The translations under genes were made by a program, and so were the position numbers. A DNA stretch of 64,000 nucleotides from Trichosphaerium sp. ATCC 40318 (lineage: Eukaryota; Protista; Tubulinea), in assembly GCA_038496445.1 (NCBI GenBank), contig JALMLS010000255.1, positions 62,001 through 126,000 on the forward strand. The letters are read 5' to 3'. A model generated the notes under the pieces. The model worked only from the letters and a program-made list of their open reading frames with translations. It was not told the origin of the DNA and searched no databases. Positions 40,771-52,050 of the stretch are shown here, piece by piece (position 1 is the stretch's first letter; every line of letters begins with the position of its first letter).

Positions 40771-41573
40771 ATGTCGGAAATTTCGTCACAAAACGGTCTT
40801 TTACGCCTTCCCATAGAGCTACAGCTTGATATAATAGATTTAGACAATGAAGTATACCAAAAGTGGCCAGAGCTATCAAAACACACTGCAACGACATCAA
40901 GGTTCGATGGCGAGTTGAGAAAACACAGAAAATGGCTGTGTATTGGGATACTCCCAAATAGCTCTACACCGTACCTTGTTGAGCAGCAAACGTTTAAACA
41001 TGGAATACTTCATGGAGAGAACAAGCTGTGGTACTCTAACGGCCAAATAGAAGAGCTATGTTTTTATGTTGAAGGTAAACTCGAAGGAGAGTACAAAGCC
41101 TATCATGAAAAGGACAACTGTGGGAAAAGGCTAACTATGTTAATGATGAGGTAGTAGGAGATAGTCAGATATGGCATGAGAATGGCCAGATAGGTTGTAA
41201 AGCTAGTTACATCAATGGGAAACTAGATGGTGAGTGTAAACATTGGTATAATAATGGTCAACTGTTTAAGCATTGTCATTATGTTGATGGTTAATTGGGA
41301 GGTGAGTACAAGGAGTGGCATCAAAATGGGCAATTAAAAGCAAGCTATTTTTACATAAATGATAGTAAAGAAGGAAAGAGTTATAATTGGTACGAAAATG
41401 GTCAAATGTTCAAGGAGAGCTTTTATAAAGAAGGTCACAAGATAGGAGAGTACAAGATGTGGTATGACAATGGTCAATTATGGGCGCATTGCACTAAAAT
41501 TGATAGCAAGACGGAAGTATGGAAGAGGTGGCAAAGAAACGGGCAGTTGATAAATAACGTGACAGATACTTAG
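40771..41573 (+). pseudogene. Intronless F-box-like plus MORN-variant repeat gene, disrupted
   Basis: LLRLPIELQL N-terminus; WY.NGQ repeats; frameshift near 41110 and in-frame TAA near 41292. Confidence 0.8.
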
Positions 41574-41896
41574 TATAACGTAGCACAACTTAGTTGTAAG
41601 ACTTAGTATACTCTGCTGTATAACATTAGTATCAACAGAATGTACATTCTTTCTTTTGAGTTGGAAGTAAATTCAGCCTTTATTCTAACTTAAATGCTAT
41701 CACGTGACAACTTTTTATTTACAACCGGCAGTTTTTGCAATAGTTGCCCTTCCGGTAGGAAATTAAGCACCTCCGTCTGTGGCTCTATACAATATTTGCG
41801 TCTCCTTATCAACTACAATAAGACTAGTCTTCACCCAAAGGACAAGACTAAAACGTGTTAAGGCTACAACTTGACTCAGCCGTGTCTTCACACGTG

Positions 41897-42322
41897 CACA
41901 TTCCCAGTAAAGTTTCTTGTCAAACGTCCTCGTGGTCAGTTTACTGTTTGTCTAAGACTTCTCCCTAGATACACAGTCTCTTCTTGCCCATTTAAAAAGG
42001 AGTAAACAAGTGTGAGATGCCGCAGAAGAAAAAAACAAGATTGCCAAGGTTTTTTTTTCTTACTCTGTTTTGATAAATTACGGAGCATCTGGAGGTCGTT
42101 ACGTCTTTGGTGGTAATCGAGGTTATGTAAAAACAAGATATGGAGGCATTGTGAGTTCCATTGCTAACAAAATGAAAATCTCCCAGCTCCAGAGTGTAGT
42201 CATGAACATGCTAACAAGAAAAACCGTTGAGGTGCAATAAATTTAAATGATTTAAACTGTACAGTAAGCCTAGCTTGTATTGTAGGTAAATAAGGTTCAA
42301 TATAATAACAATAACTAATAAA
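41897..42322. repeat. Three-part patchwork of segments copied from 17628-17747 (inverted), 36276-36420 and 38672-38867 (direct)
   Basis: Direct sequence match of each part; junction overlaps TTTAAA and TAAAAAC. Confidence 0.9.
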
Positions 42323-42444
42323 CTGAAGGCCAATAGTTTGCTGGATTTTCAGGTGTAGTTATTTTTTTGATGTAATTAAGCCGTTTGTGTAACACGAATT
42401 TCAAGACAACTTAGATAGATCTTCAGCATAAGCCACGTGAAGCT

Positions 42445-44229
42445 ATGACAACAAACAACCTCTTACTTCTCTCTTTATTTATTGTGGTATCAGGTACATC
42501 CATATAGCTGTGCCTAAAAATCGTCTTGATCTTTTGTGCTCCGATAATAAAATTCCAAACAGATTGCTTTATTTGGGCCAAAAACAATCTCCCAAATAAC
42601 ATCTGTAATCACGTGATCGTTCACGTTTTATCACTAATATTTTTGTTTATCACTTAGTGTGTCAAAATACAACAATATCCACTATAAACGATGTAGAAGC
42701 GACGTACATTGACGAATCAAGCAATGATAGCCACGGCCCGCTTTCAACGGTATGGTTGTCACCAAGGCAAATTGGACTAGTTAGATTTCCAACGATATTT
42801 GGTAGAAACGGTACAACTTCTATCTCTAAGTTATGTCATTTTAATTATTTCAAGGTGGCCCTGTACCAGACGATGCTCAAATTATAAAAGCAACCTTTAC
42901 TGTTACATCGCTTGACACCAGATTAAATGTGGTTATATTCAAAGCTCAAAGTTCTTGGCATGAAAATAGCGTCAGCTGGGATAGGTACCGACGTTTCGTT
43001 TCTACGTCACCCAGCCTCCAAGTTGCAACTCTTATATATGAGAGTAGCCAAGTTGTGCATGCTGATGTAACATGTACGCATTTTGACAAGGTACCCATAT
43101 GCTCACCCACGTGTTGTTAGCCTACCTACAAGATTTGGTAGATTCAAATTTTACTCAGAACGATTTTGGATGGAGTATAGTGCAACAAGGAGGATCCTCT
43201 AGTTTTTATAGTGAGGATCATAGTAATCTAAATGTTAGACCTTATCTATCTGTTGAATGGCGTTGTAATGACAAAAACGGATGCACAACAGATATTAATG
43301 CAATGGGAAATGGTGAGGGTTTAATACAGTTTTGGTTTATAGCGTTTTAGGTGTTTGTGTTCAGCCTATATTTGTGTCCTGTAGTGATACTATTGGTTGT
43401 ACTAACGATGTATGTGTTTCTTTGGGTCCGTGGAACCACACATGCTCCCATACCGAAGTAGATAGCGCTTGTGGTCAAGATCAACGGCAAGTTTATGAGG
43501 TTTTTAGTATGTGAAGTTACCTTATATAATTTAGCTGTACACTTCAAGGCTGTATAGGTATACCGACTAAAGAACCTCCCACACTACCAATGACACGTAC
43601 AAATGTTCCTCTACCATCAATTGTGAACAGTGACATTCTGATTCCGGGCGATTTTGTTATTCAAGGGACAATTACAATTACAGAAAATGGTTCAATTTTA
43701 GTTGAAGGTACCTTTCTTTCATTTGTTGATTATAACTTTGAATGATCAAACGATTTAGGCTGTATCGAGATATTACCAAATACAACAGTCATCATTAACT
43801 CTACAACAACTGGTACTATGAGAAGAGAAATAATACAAAGTAACAGCAGTTGTATCAATGGTAGTGTTACACTTGTATCACCAGAATGTGAATTGGCACA
43901 GATTGAACAAACTCTTTCATCGTACAGTCCTCATATACAACTCATAACTGATATTACCACATAGAATAGTTGTTGTGACTTCAGCATCTGAATCTTGCAA
44001 TGGCAAGAGCTCACTAAATGTTGGTATGATGTTGGGTATTGTGTTTGGTATTCTTGCGTTGGTATATCATCCTTGTTTTTGGTTGTTTAAACTCATTGAA
44101 ATTTTGTAGATTGTCATTGTTCTTCTTGTCATTGCCTTTGTACCTAAGTTGAGGCGGCAAGCAATTTTGCCTTATACTTTGTGGCAAACTGATACAAAAG
44201 AAGCTGTTAAGAATACAGTTGATTTGTAA
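42445..44229 (+). CDS. Type I cell-surface protein, copy 2 (inverted paralog of 18461-20309)
   Basis: Long identical stretches (STSPSLQVATLIYESSQVVHADVT; YLQDLVDSNFTQNDFGWSIVQQGGSSSFYSEDH); same intron positions. Confidence 0.65.
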
Positions 44230-44797
44230 TACGAATATTGCATCTCTATTGATCCAATTATTTTGATGTTGTTTTTTAATCTGTAGAGCCTTCATCACCC
44301 ACAATCCCAAGTAGTTATTTGAGAACTGGCGTAAAACCTTTTACCTGAAATCGTTAGTACCAGGAAATTATTGTTAAGCAATGCAATCAAAACGGCAACC
44401 ATGTTTTTTGATTGTTTCTGCGTCAACAGTCAACAAGAAAACAACTAGGTTCTGAATAGTACAGCCTTTTTTTTTTGTTGTTGAATGTGGTTTAGGGTCC
44501 TTTCATTACTGGCACTGTTATTGCTTTGACGACAGCAATGCTAATTACTGTTGTCTTAGTGTTAGAACTAAGGCGGTGGTTTCGCCTACAATAGATTGTA
44601 GAACACTAATTAAAAAAAAACCGCCTTTCAAATCTCTTTGCATCAAATTGTGAACACAAGGGTTTTCAGGATTAACAAAAACGATACAAAATACTATATT
44701 TAACTGCTGATTGAAACCAAAGGCACATTGTCAATACCACAAACAGAAAAAAAAACGTGAACAAAGGGAAGGTTTTATTAATAACAATTCTATCAAC

Positions 44798-45304
44798 TCA
44801 GTTGATTTTGTTTATCCAGAATGTCTGGCTGTAGCGGCTATTATCTCTCTGCCACATGACTACATTCTGACCAATCACTCCACCAGCGCCTTTATCGACC
44901 ATGTAATTTCCGTTTTTGATCGACCTGAGGTTGTATATATTCCTTGAAGCGTCGACTGCCTCCTTGATGAACTTTTGATTTCTATTTGTAAGTTCGCACT
45001 TCCACAACTTCAGATTCTTGCCGTTTTCGACTCCTGAACTGCTATCCATACAATACTCAGGGTCAGCTACGATTGAATACTTGTATGATCCATCAGTCAT
45101 TAGGACCTCATAAAACTCGAGGTTTCCATAACGCTCTAATGTCAAGCTTCTACCATTTTTAGGGGATCTGCTGGTGCCAACATACAAGTTGTATCCATTG
45201 GCTGGACTTGGTGCGTAAATTTTAACCTTGACATCAGATGTGAATGGATATGCGAGGCATAAGGTAAAGAAACATGCGAGTATGAGGTATAATGAGGTGC
45301 GCAT
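44798..45304 (-). CDS. Secreted ricin B-type lectin, copy 2
   Basis: 168 aa, differs from copy 1 at about 6 residues; lies in a ~2.2-kb inverted duplication (44640-46900 vs 22505-24475). Confidence 0.85.
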   Translation of the reverse strand: MRTSLYLILACFFTLCLAYPFTSDVKVKIYAPSPANGYNLYVGTSRSPKNGRSLTLERYGNLEFYEVLMTDGSYKYSIVADPEYCMDSSSGVENGKNLKLWKCELTNRNQKFIKEAVDASRNIYNLRSIKNGNYMVDKGAGGVIGQNVVMWQRDNSRYSQTFWINKIN

Positions 45305-46934
45305 TGTGTTGTAGTGTTTGGGTTTATGATAAGGGCACACTATTTAAGTAAGTGTTGCGCTATATTTACATTTAAATAACGTGATACCTAAAAAATTAAT
45401 AGTCTTTTTAACAAGCCTGTAAAGGCTACATTGTTTTCGCTGCTATTTGCTAGAATTCGTATGTCGGCTTTATACTATTATTACGGATATTTTATCCAAG
45501 TGTGAGTTACTTCAGTAGTGCCATGGTTTTTCTCCTAAGAATGACCTACAACATTATTTCTCTCATATACAGCAAGACCTTTTTTTGTGTACAATAACAC
45601 CTTTTTTTTGTGTACAAATTGATCGTCACATAATTTTGCTTTCCCCAGCGGGCGGGTCAAATTAAGTTTGTACTGCCCAGATAAATGATATGCATTTCTT
45701 TTTGTTGACGCTATGTGTTGAAACAAAGTATAGCGTGAGTATTTATTCAAAACGAATTCGGCAGCAAAACTGATGTTGAGGGTTTGTATTAAATGTCGGA
45801 CGCAAATGACGTAATTTATGTCGATTAGCAATCGCCAAAACTGTACACACCAAATATACTTTTACTGTACTGCGGCAATGGTTAAAACTCATACCGGACA
45901 AGTTGGTTTAGTGGATACAAAGGTAGCTTTTTTTCAGTGTAGCCAAAGGCCTTGACTTGATTTTATGCTCTACAGTAGGTCAGTGTCAAGCTGCAATGTT
46001 TTAAAGTGGTATTCTAGCGAATAAATCTTGTTGTCTTTTTTTAGGTTTGTTCACGTGATTTTTCGAACAGACAGATAATTTAGGTTCCCATGGTAAAATT
46101 GCGCCAACAACCTTGGTTATTACCTGTTGTTGATGAATCTGTGATGACGACAAATAACACTATGACTGTTGTAACCACGCAATGTTGTTATAGCTCTAGC
46201 ACACAAGTAATCTTCAAATAACTACAAAGTGTAAAAAAAAAGTGGCTGATAAATTATGGAATTCTAGAATATCAACTTCTAACTTTAGTTTCTTCCGTTA
46301 GATTGGTCAACATTGTCAATATAAGGGAGACGCGCTTGGGAGGAAAGACGCTCAGTCTTTGGTGGCTCTAGCGTAGCCACACGAGCGGATTTATTCTACA
46401 TTTAAGAACCTCGTGTGAACTGCAAATGTGTTTGAAGGAAAAATAAAAAATAATTTTTACATGTCAAAAGAAAAAAGGATTTTAGGGAGGGTGAGGGGAT
46501 GTTTTGATTGCTACTCGCCATTGTCGTTGTTGTTGCCTATTGTGTCCTTCGATATTGACAGTCTTGTTCAGTCCAACCAAACGCTTGAAATGTTCCACAT
46601 CTTCATTCAAAAAATCTGCTTTTTGACTTCATAAACACCTATCTTTGCCTGTTGTATGACACAAGAACAAGAGATAACCATAAACTATCATAGAGACGTT
46701 GATTCGTTTTTAAACGCGTGTCAACATGTTTTGATGCAAAACGAGTTGGAAAATAACGTACGGAGCGTAATTCAGCATAGTAGTAACAAAAAATGAGCTT
46801 GTATTGAGTTTAGCGATTCGTAAAAGAAAAAGCGGTTCAAAATCACCATGCACCTTTGCTACTGTTTGTAAAGGTACTTTTTTGGACTACAATAGCGTCA
46901 TACCCGTGAATTACAGTTAAAACAACACCTTTAG

Positions 46935-47891
46935 GTCCAAACCTTGCGATAGCCGCGTACTATGAAAACAAGGGCCATAGAATGTGCTTGTCTGTGCTTA
47001 GCATGTTAGACAGTGAACCGTTAGATAAATTCCTTCACAGCATTGTAGAAAACGGTCTAAAGCCTCCAGGTAAGTAATTCTACGCTCAAGCTACTGTAGT
47101 ATGTTCTAAAACAAGTTGTTAAGCTTTCGTTACTTCAAAACCAGTTGCGAAAATTGTAGATCAACTGTGGCGCTCTAAAACGTTATGCAAACCTTCTTAC
47201 TCACGTCACATGTCAGTAATGAGACTCACTAAAGAAACTATTAAGCCGCTTTCTTCAAAGCCAGATGGAGACTTCCGTGAGGCAACAACTGAGGATATGG
47301 ATGCCCTAGTAGCTTTGACACTGGAGTTCAAATCAGCGGTTGCTGTACCAGGTACAAGTGAAACAGTCCAACACTGAGAAATGATTATTTCTGCAACAGG
47401 TAGTAAGGCTCCCACAGAAGAACAGGTTAAAGGTGGACTTGTAAAGCTTATTGAAGATAAACGTTTATGGGTATGGGCAACTAAGGATGGTATTCCTTGT
47501 GTTGTCGGGTCAGCACGTGCAACACCAAACTGCACATTAATCACTCGGGTGAGTGTTGCACTAATCTCAATGCAAGTGGTCACATCTTTGTTAGACTGCT
47601 GGTTGTTGCACAGCTATTACTTTTTTTGTTTATTATGCTGTAGGTTTGTACGAATAAGGCTTACCGTGGTAAAGGGTATGCAAGACATACTGTATCAAGA
47701 GCAGCTCAGGAAATATTAAAAGATATTTCACAAGTTGCATTAATTAGAGCTGACGACAATCCAAGTGCTGACTATGCATACAAGCAAGTTGGGTACACCT
47801 TGCAATGTTTCTTATTTCGTAGTACTTATTGTTCTCTTCTTTCAGGTTTTGCCCAAGCGTAGATATGTCACAGTATGGGTACACATACTAA
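46935..47891 (+). CDS. GNAT acetyltransferase (FR47-like); 5' end appears truncated by the adjacent duplication
   Basis: FREATTEDMDAL, LITRV|VCTNKAYRGKGYA, DNPSADYAYKQVGF; first visible exon starts at a splice acceptor just after the duplicated block. Confidence 0.7.
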
Positions 47892-48039
47892 TAAAGTTAA
47901 GAACAAAATTCAGTTAAACAATTCCACAAGTTCGCTGTTTTACAGTCTCATAATGGATTTAAGTTGTACAATAAAGTGCCAACCACACGCCTTGTACATA
48001 TCCATAAAATACTGGGTTTTGCTGAGCATAACTTGTAGT

Positions 48040-48411
48040 TCACAAATCTTTCTGAGGCCTCAGTGACAGACGAAGGTATCAAAGCACTTGCTGGTGTTCA
48101 TTCAATTGATCTTTGTGGTTGTAATGTATCTGATGAAGGGATCAAAGAATTAAAAGGCACACTATTGATCTTACTGCTATTCATGTAACAGATTAAGGAA
48201 TCAAAGCACTTAAGGGTGTACATAATATTATTCTCAAAGGCACAAAAGTGACAGATGAAGGCATAGCGATACTAGCAGGTCTTACTCGCCTTTCAGTGAC
48301 TGACAAAAGTGTCAAATTACTGAACAGTGCTCATATTATACTTGACTATACTGCAGTAACGAAAGCTTGTGAGGATGAGTTCATTAAAAAAGGCGTAACA
48401 ATTAGGCATAG
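48040..48411 (+). pseudogene. Intronless leucine-rich-repeat fragment with stop and frameshift
   Basis: VTDEGIKALAGVHSIDLCGCNVSDEGIKELKG...VTD*GIKALKGVHNIILKGTKVTDEGI. Confidence 0.75.
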
Positions 48412-48972
48412 AACTTTTTATTAAAGAAAATTCAAGCCAGATAAAAGCTGTTAATGACTTTTGATTGTTGATGCCAAAAATAAATTTCAGATTCATTCCT
48501 TACTGTATTTAACCTGAATTCTGACATACATATTGTTCGAACAGTCAAATTATTAGAAACAGATGCTATTAACAACATCAACACCTCCGCTTTTCATGCC
48601 TACCAAAAATCTTAACTTGAACATTGTTTGTTTGACTAGGTTTTACTTTAGTCAAGCACGTTTTGCGTTACATATAGTACAACACAAGCGTCAGCTTGGA
48701 AAACTTTCACTCGAACATTGTTGCAAAATATTGGAGGGTCTGGTAAACGTCAACAATATTACCGATATATTGAATATCTGACTTAGGACAGACTATTTCT
48801 AGTTTTGTTGTTACAATCAATGTGACATCTTTAGTTACCACCAAAACTTACTATAAAGTGTGGACTATAATGTATAAAGAAACACTCTCAAGTATGCCAC
48901 TTGCCTCTTACAGAGCTGACCATTACTATGTTGGTAAATAAAAAACTACATGTTTATTTTCCTATTTTTTTC

Positions 48973-50665
48973 TTATTTACATTTTGCTTCATCGCTGGCT
49001 TTACGCTTATTGATCTCTTCAACAAGTGGATCCATAACTCTGAAAAATAGTGGTGGAAATAAAGCCAATACAACCATACCAGCATATCCTTGAAGAAGAA
49101 AAAGTTAGCCTTGATGCTTCGTAACAAGAACTTCTTTTTTTTTGTGCAAAAAAAAAGGGCAATCAAGTTGTACCTGTTGGCATTAAGGGACTTTCTGCAA
49201 AAGTTCTTAGAATTTGGTATTGACGTGTAGGGTAAGCATGGTGATCGCTATGTCTTTGTAATTTGAACAAATAATAGTTTGTAATAGAGTAAGGCGCATT
49301 CCAGCTGTGCATTGGTGTTACTTTTTCATACATGCCAGGAGATATTTCTCTAGAATGGTATATTGAGCATTTCCTTTGATTCTAATTCTTACTTACTTTC
49401 TTTGAAGACCGTAGTGTTCGATATAATTTACAAGCTCGAGCAAAGTGAATGCTACAACGCTTTGCCATGCCCAAAAAGTGAAAACCTTTGAAGAAAAGTA
49501 AGCCTTTTTTTTCCTCTATTTTTTTCTTGTCATAAAATGAAGTGTATCGTACTTTTGATGATTCAAAGAAGATAGAACAAGCAATAGCGAATAGAAATGG
49601 TAATATTGTGTAGTATATCATCCTAAAAGAGGAAAAAATAAGTTAGTTTTCAGAACATCAATCAAACGGTCTTACTTGTTTTGGAAAAATCCAAGATTCT
49701 TTTTGGCAATACGCTTGTTTTCAATTTCCCAAGCACCCAAGTAACTGTATACAACAGTTCTAGAATATTATAATTAGGTAAATTGATAACCAAACAAGAA
49801 ATCTTACCTTGGCCAAAAAGCATAAAAAGATTCTCCAAGACGAGAAGAAGCTGGATCTTTTGGAGTTGATACATTCCAGTGATGACCATGAAGATGCTCA
49901 ATAGCAAAATGCATGTAACCGACTGTCATTAAAGAGAGTTCACTCAATAAAGTTTCAACGCTAATAGAACACTAAGGTCAGATTTGGGAGCGAAAAACGA
50001 CGAGTTTTTTTGGATTTTTTTTTTTTTTCAAAATTCCGAAAACGTACTTGTAGTGCTTGTGTATCATCTCGTGAGAAACGTTGATACCCATACCACCGTT
50101 CAAACCAACTGCTAGAACAAATCCAACGTATTCAAATGCTAAAAAGAAGCGTTAGAACGCAATACCGCCAGCGGACATTTCTTATTACGTACTTGTTAGC
50201 TGTTGCGTTGATACAACGTGAAAAGCCCATAATAGAAGTACAAGCTAAAGTTATGTTATTTTCGAGTTTACTAGTCACGAAAATCAAAGATTGTAACCTA
50301 CCTGTTGAATAGGCCATAACCAGAGTGGTATCTTCCATTTGAATTGCTTCTTAAGTTCAGCAGTTGCCTTTGAAACGCTTTAGTTTTGTTTCTATCGAAT
50401 TGCTATTTAAAACAATCGTACTGCTTTGTTAGGGTTCACATCATCAGTACCAAGTATCAAATCAAGTACGGGAATAATGCCAAATGTAAAAAAGAATGCA
50501 GCATAATTCCATGCGCCTAAAGTACGTTAATACGTCTAAAACGCGTATAACATATCAAAGCCAATACGTACCACCCAATAGTTGTCCAACAACGGCGAGT
50601 GTTGGAATTGCGTACGCAAGAAAGTAATATGCTACTACAAATTGATCTGCAGAGTCTGCTTGCAT
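48973..50665 (-). CDS. alkB: Alkane 1-monooxygenase (AlkB-type membrane di-iron hydroxylase), multi-exon
   Basis: GIIPVLDLILGTD..NP; HEMIHK; EHLHGHHWNVSTPKDPASSRLGESFY; NYIEHYGL; LQRHSDHHAYP; PTGYAGM...PP.FFRVMDP. Not evident from the ORF track because of introns. Confidence 0.9.
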
Positions 50666-50865
50666 TGTTGCGCCACGTATCTTTTTTGTTTCAAAAATAA
50701 ACTAAGGCTTGCCGACTTTGGCTGCGAATTTGGGTGGATAACGGATAATCTTTTACCGAAATCTCGGCCTTTGTACCAATAGGCTCTTAAAGTGATGTAT
50801 GATACAAAATATGTTCAAGGGCACTTTGGCAAGCAAATGCTAACTCAGACAACATTATCTTGCGA

Positions 50866-51957
50866 ATGGAGCGCCACGCGTTACTGCGATTAGCTGTTTA
50901 TCAAGGAAATAGCACTGCTATTGAAAAGGCGCTTGTAGAATTGGAGAATGCGTGTAATTCTGCAAAAAAAGCTGGTGCTGATCTAGTAGTATGCTGTGAG
51001 CTGTTTATTGGCGGATATTCGACTGGAGATGCATTAAAGGGTTTGGCAGAACCTAAGGAAGGCAAAAGCTTTCAAGAGGTTTCTCTCATCGCTAAAAAGC
51101 ACAGTATTGGCATAATCTACGGTTACTGTGAAAAGTACGTGGACTTTTAACGTCAAATTGTTAAATATCGCTAACTACGCCTAAAAAGAGCTGCTGACGG
51201 CAGTGTGTACAACTCGTGTCAGTTTGTAGATAAACAAGGCGAAAGCTTAGACAACTACCGCAAAATACACTTATGGGGCGACTACGAGAAGAATATCTTC
51301 TCCCCAGGTACCCAGAGTTGTATTTTGATCAAAATACTTGCTCACGTGTAAGTTTTTCTTACCGACTTTTCGCTCTAGGCAATGAGAAACCTCGCGTAGT
51401 GGAATTTGAAGGTACGCTTACGCAAAAGTATAAAAGTTCAAAAGCTTGTTGATGTGGTTTTAACCATTACTTTAGGCGTGAAGATTGGCATGCTAATATG
51501 CTATGATATTGAGTTTCCTGAGATTGTCCGTTACTTAGCAACAAAAGGAGCACAGCTTGTCGCAGTACCTACAGGCGCGTATACGTTATCTTGTTGATAG
51601 TTCTAACATATTCTTCAGCTGTAACAAATCCGAACATAAGCAGAATAGTGCCACCAACTAGAGCCTTTGAGGTGAGGAGTGTACCTGTTGTTATTGTATA
51701 TTACTTAACTGAGCGCGTAGAACAACATGTATGTATGCTACGTAAACAGAGTTGGAAAGGAGTATTGTCCTACTACAAAAACTACAGATAACTTCATAGG
51801 ATGCTCAGTCATAGCTGATCCTATTGGCAATACTATCGCAACTGCTAGCTTCTCTGACTCAGATCTACTCATCAGAGATATAACGCGTAACAAGCTTGAT
51901 GAAGCTAATAGAAGGAATGGACATGTCGCTGACAGAAGACCAATGTTTTACAGCTAA
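50866..51957 (+). CDS. Carbon-nitrogen hydrolase (nitrilase superfamily amidase)
   Basis: CELFIGGY (E), YRKIHL (K), [10 protein letters not shown] (C), YVNRVG, G.S.IADP.G. Confidence 0.9.
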
Positions 51958-52050
51958 TAAAAATGTTCTGGTGAAAAAATACCTCCGAACGATTGTCGCC
52001 CAAAATCTTTTACCGCTGAAATTGTATTTAAATATTGGTTTAAACCTCCA

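Noticed and set aside
38359-41294. Stop-codon reassignment suggested by apparent in-frame TAG/TAA
   Set aside because: Stops occur only in frameshifted relics; intact genes end normally in TAA, TAG or TGA
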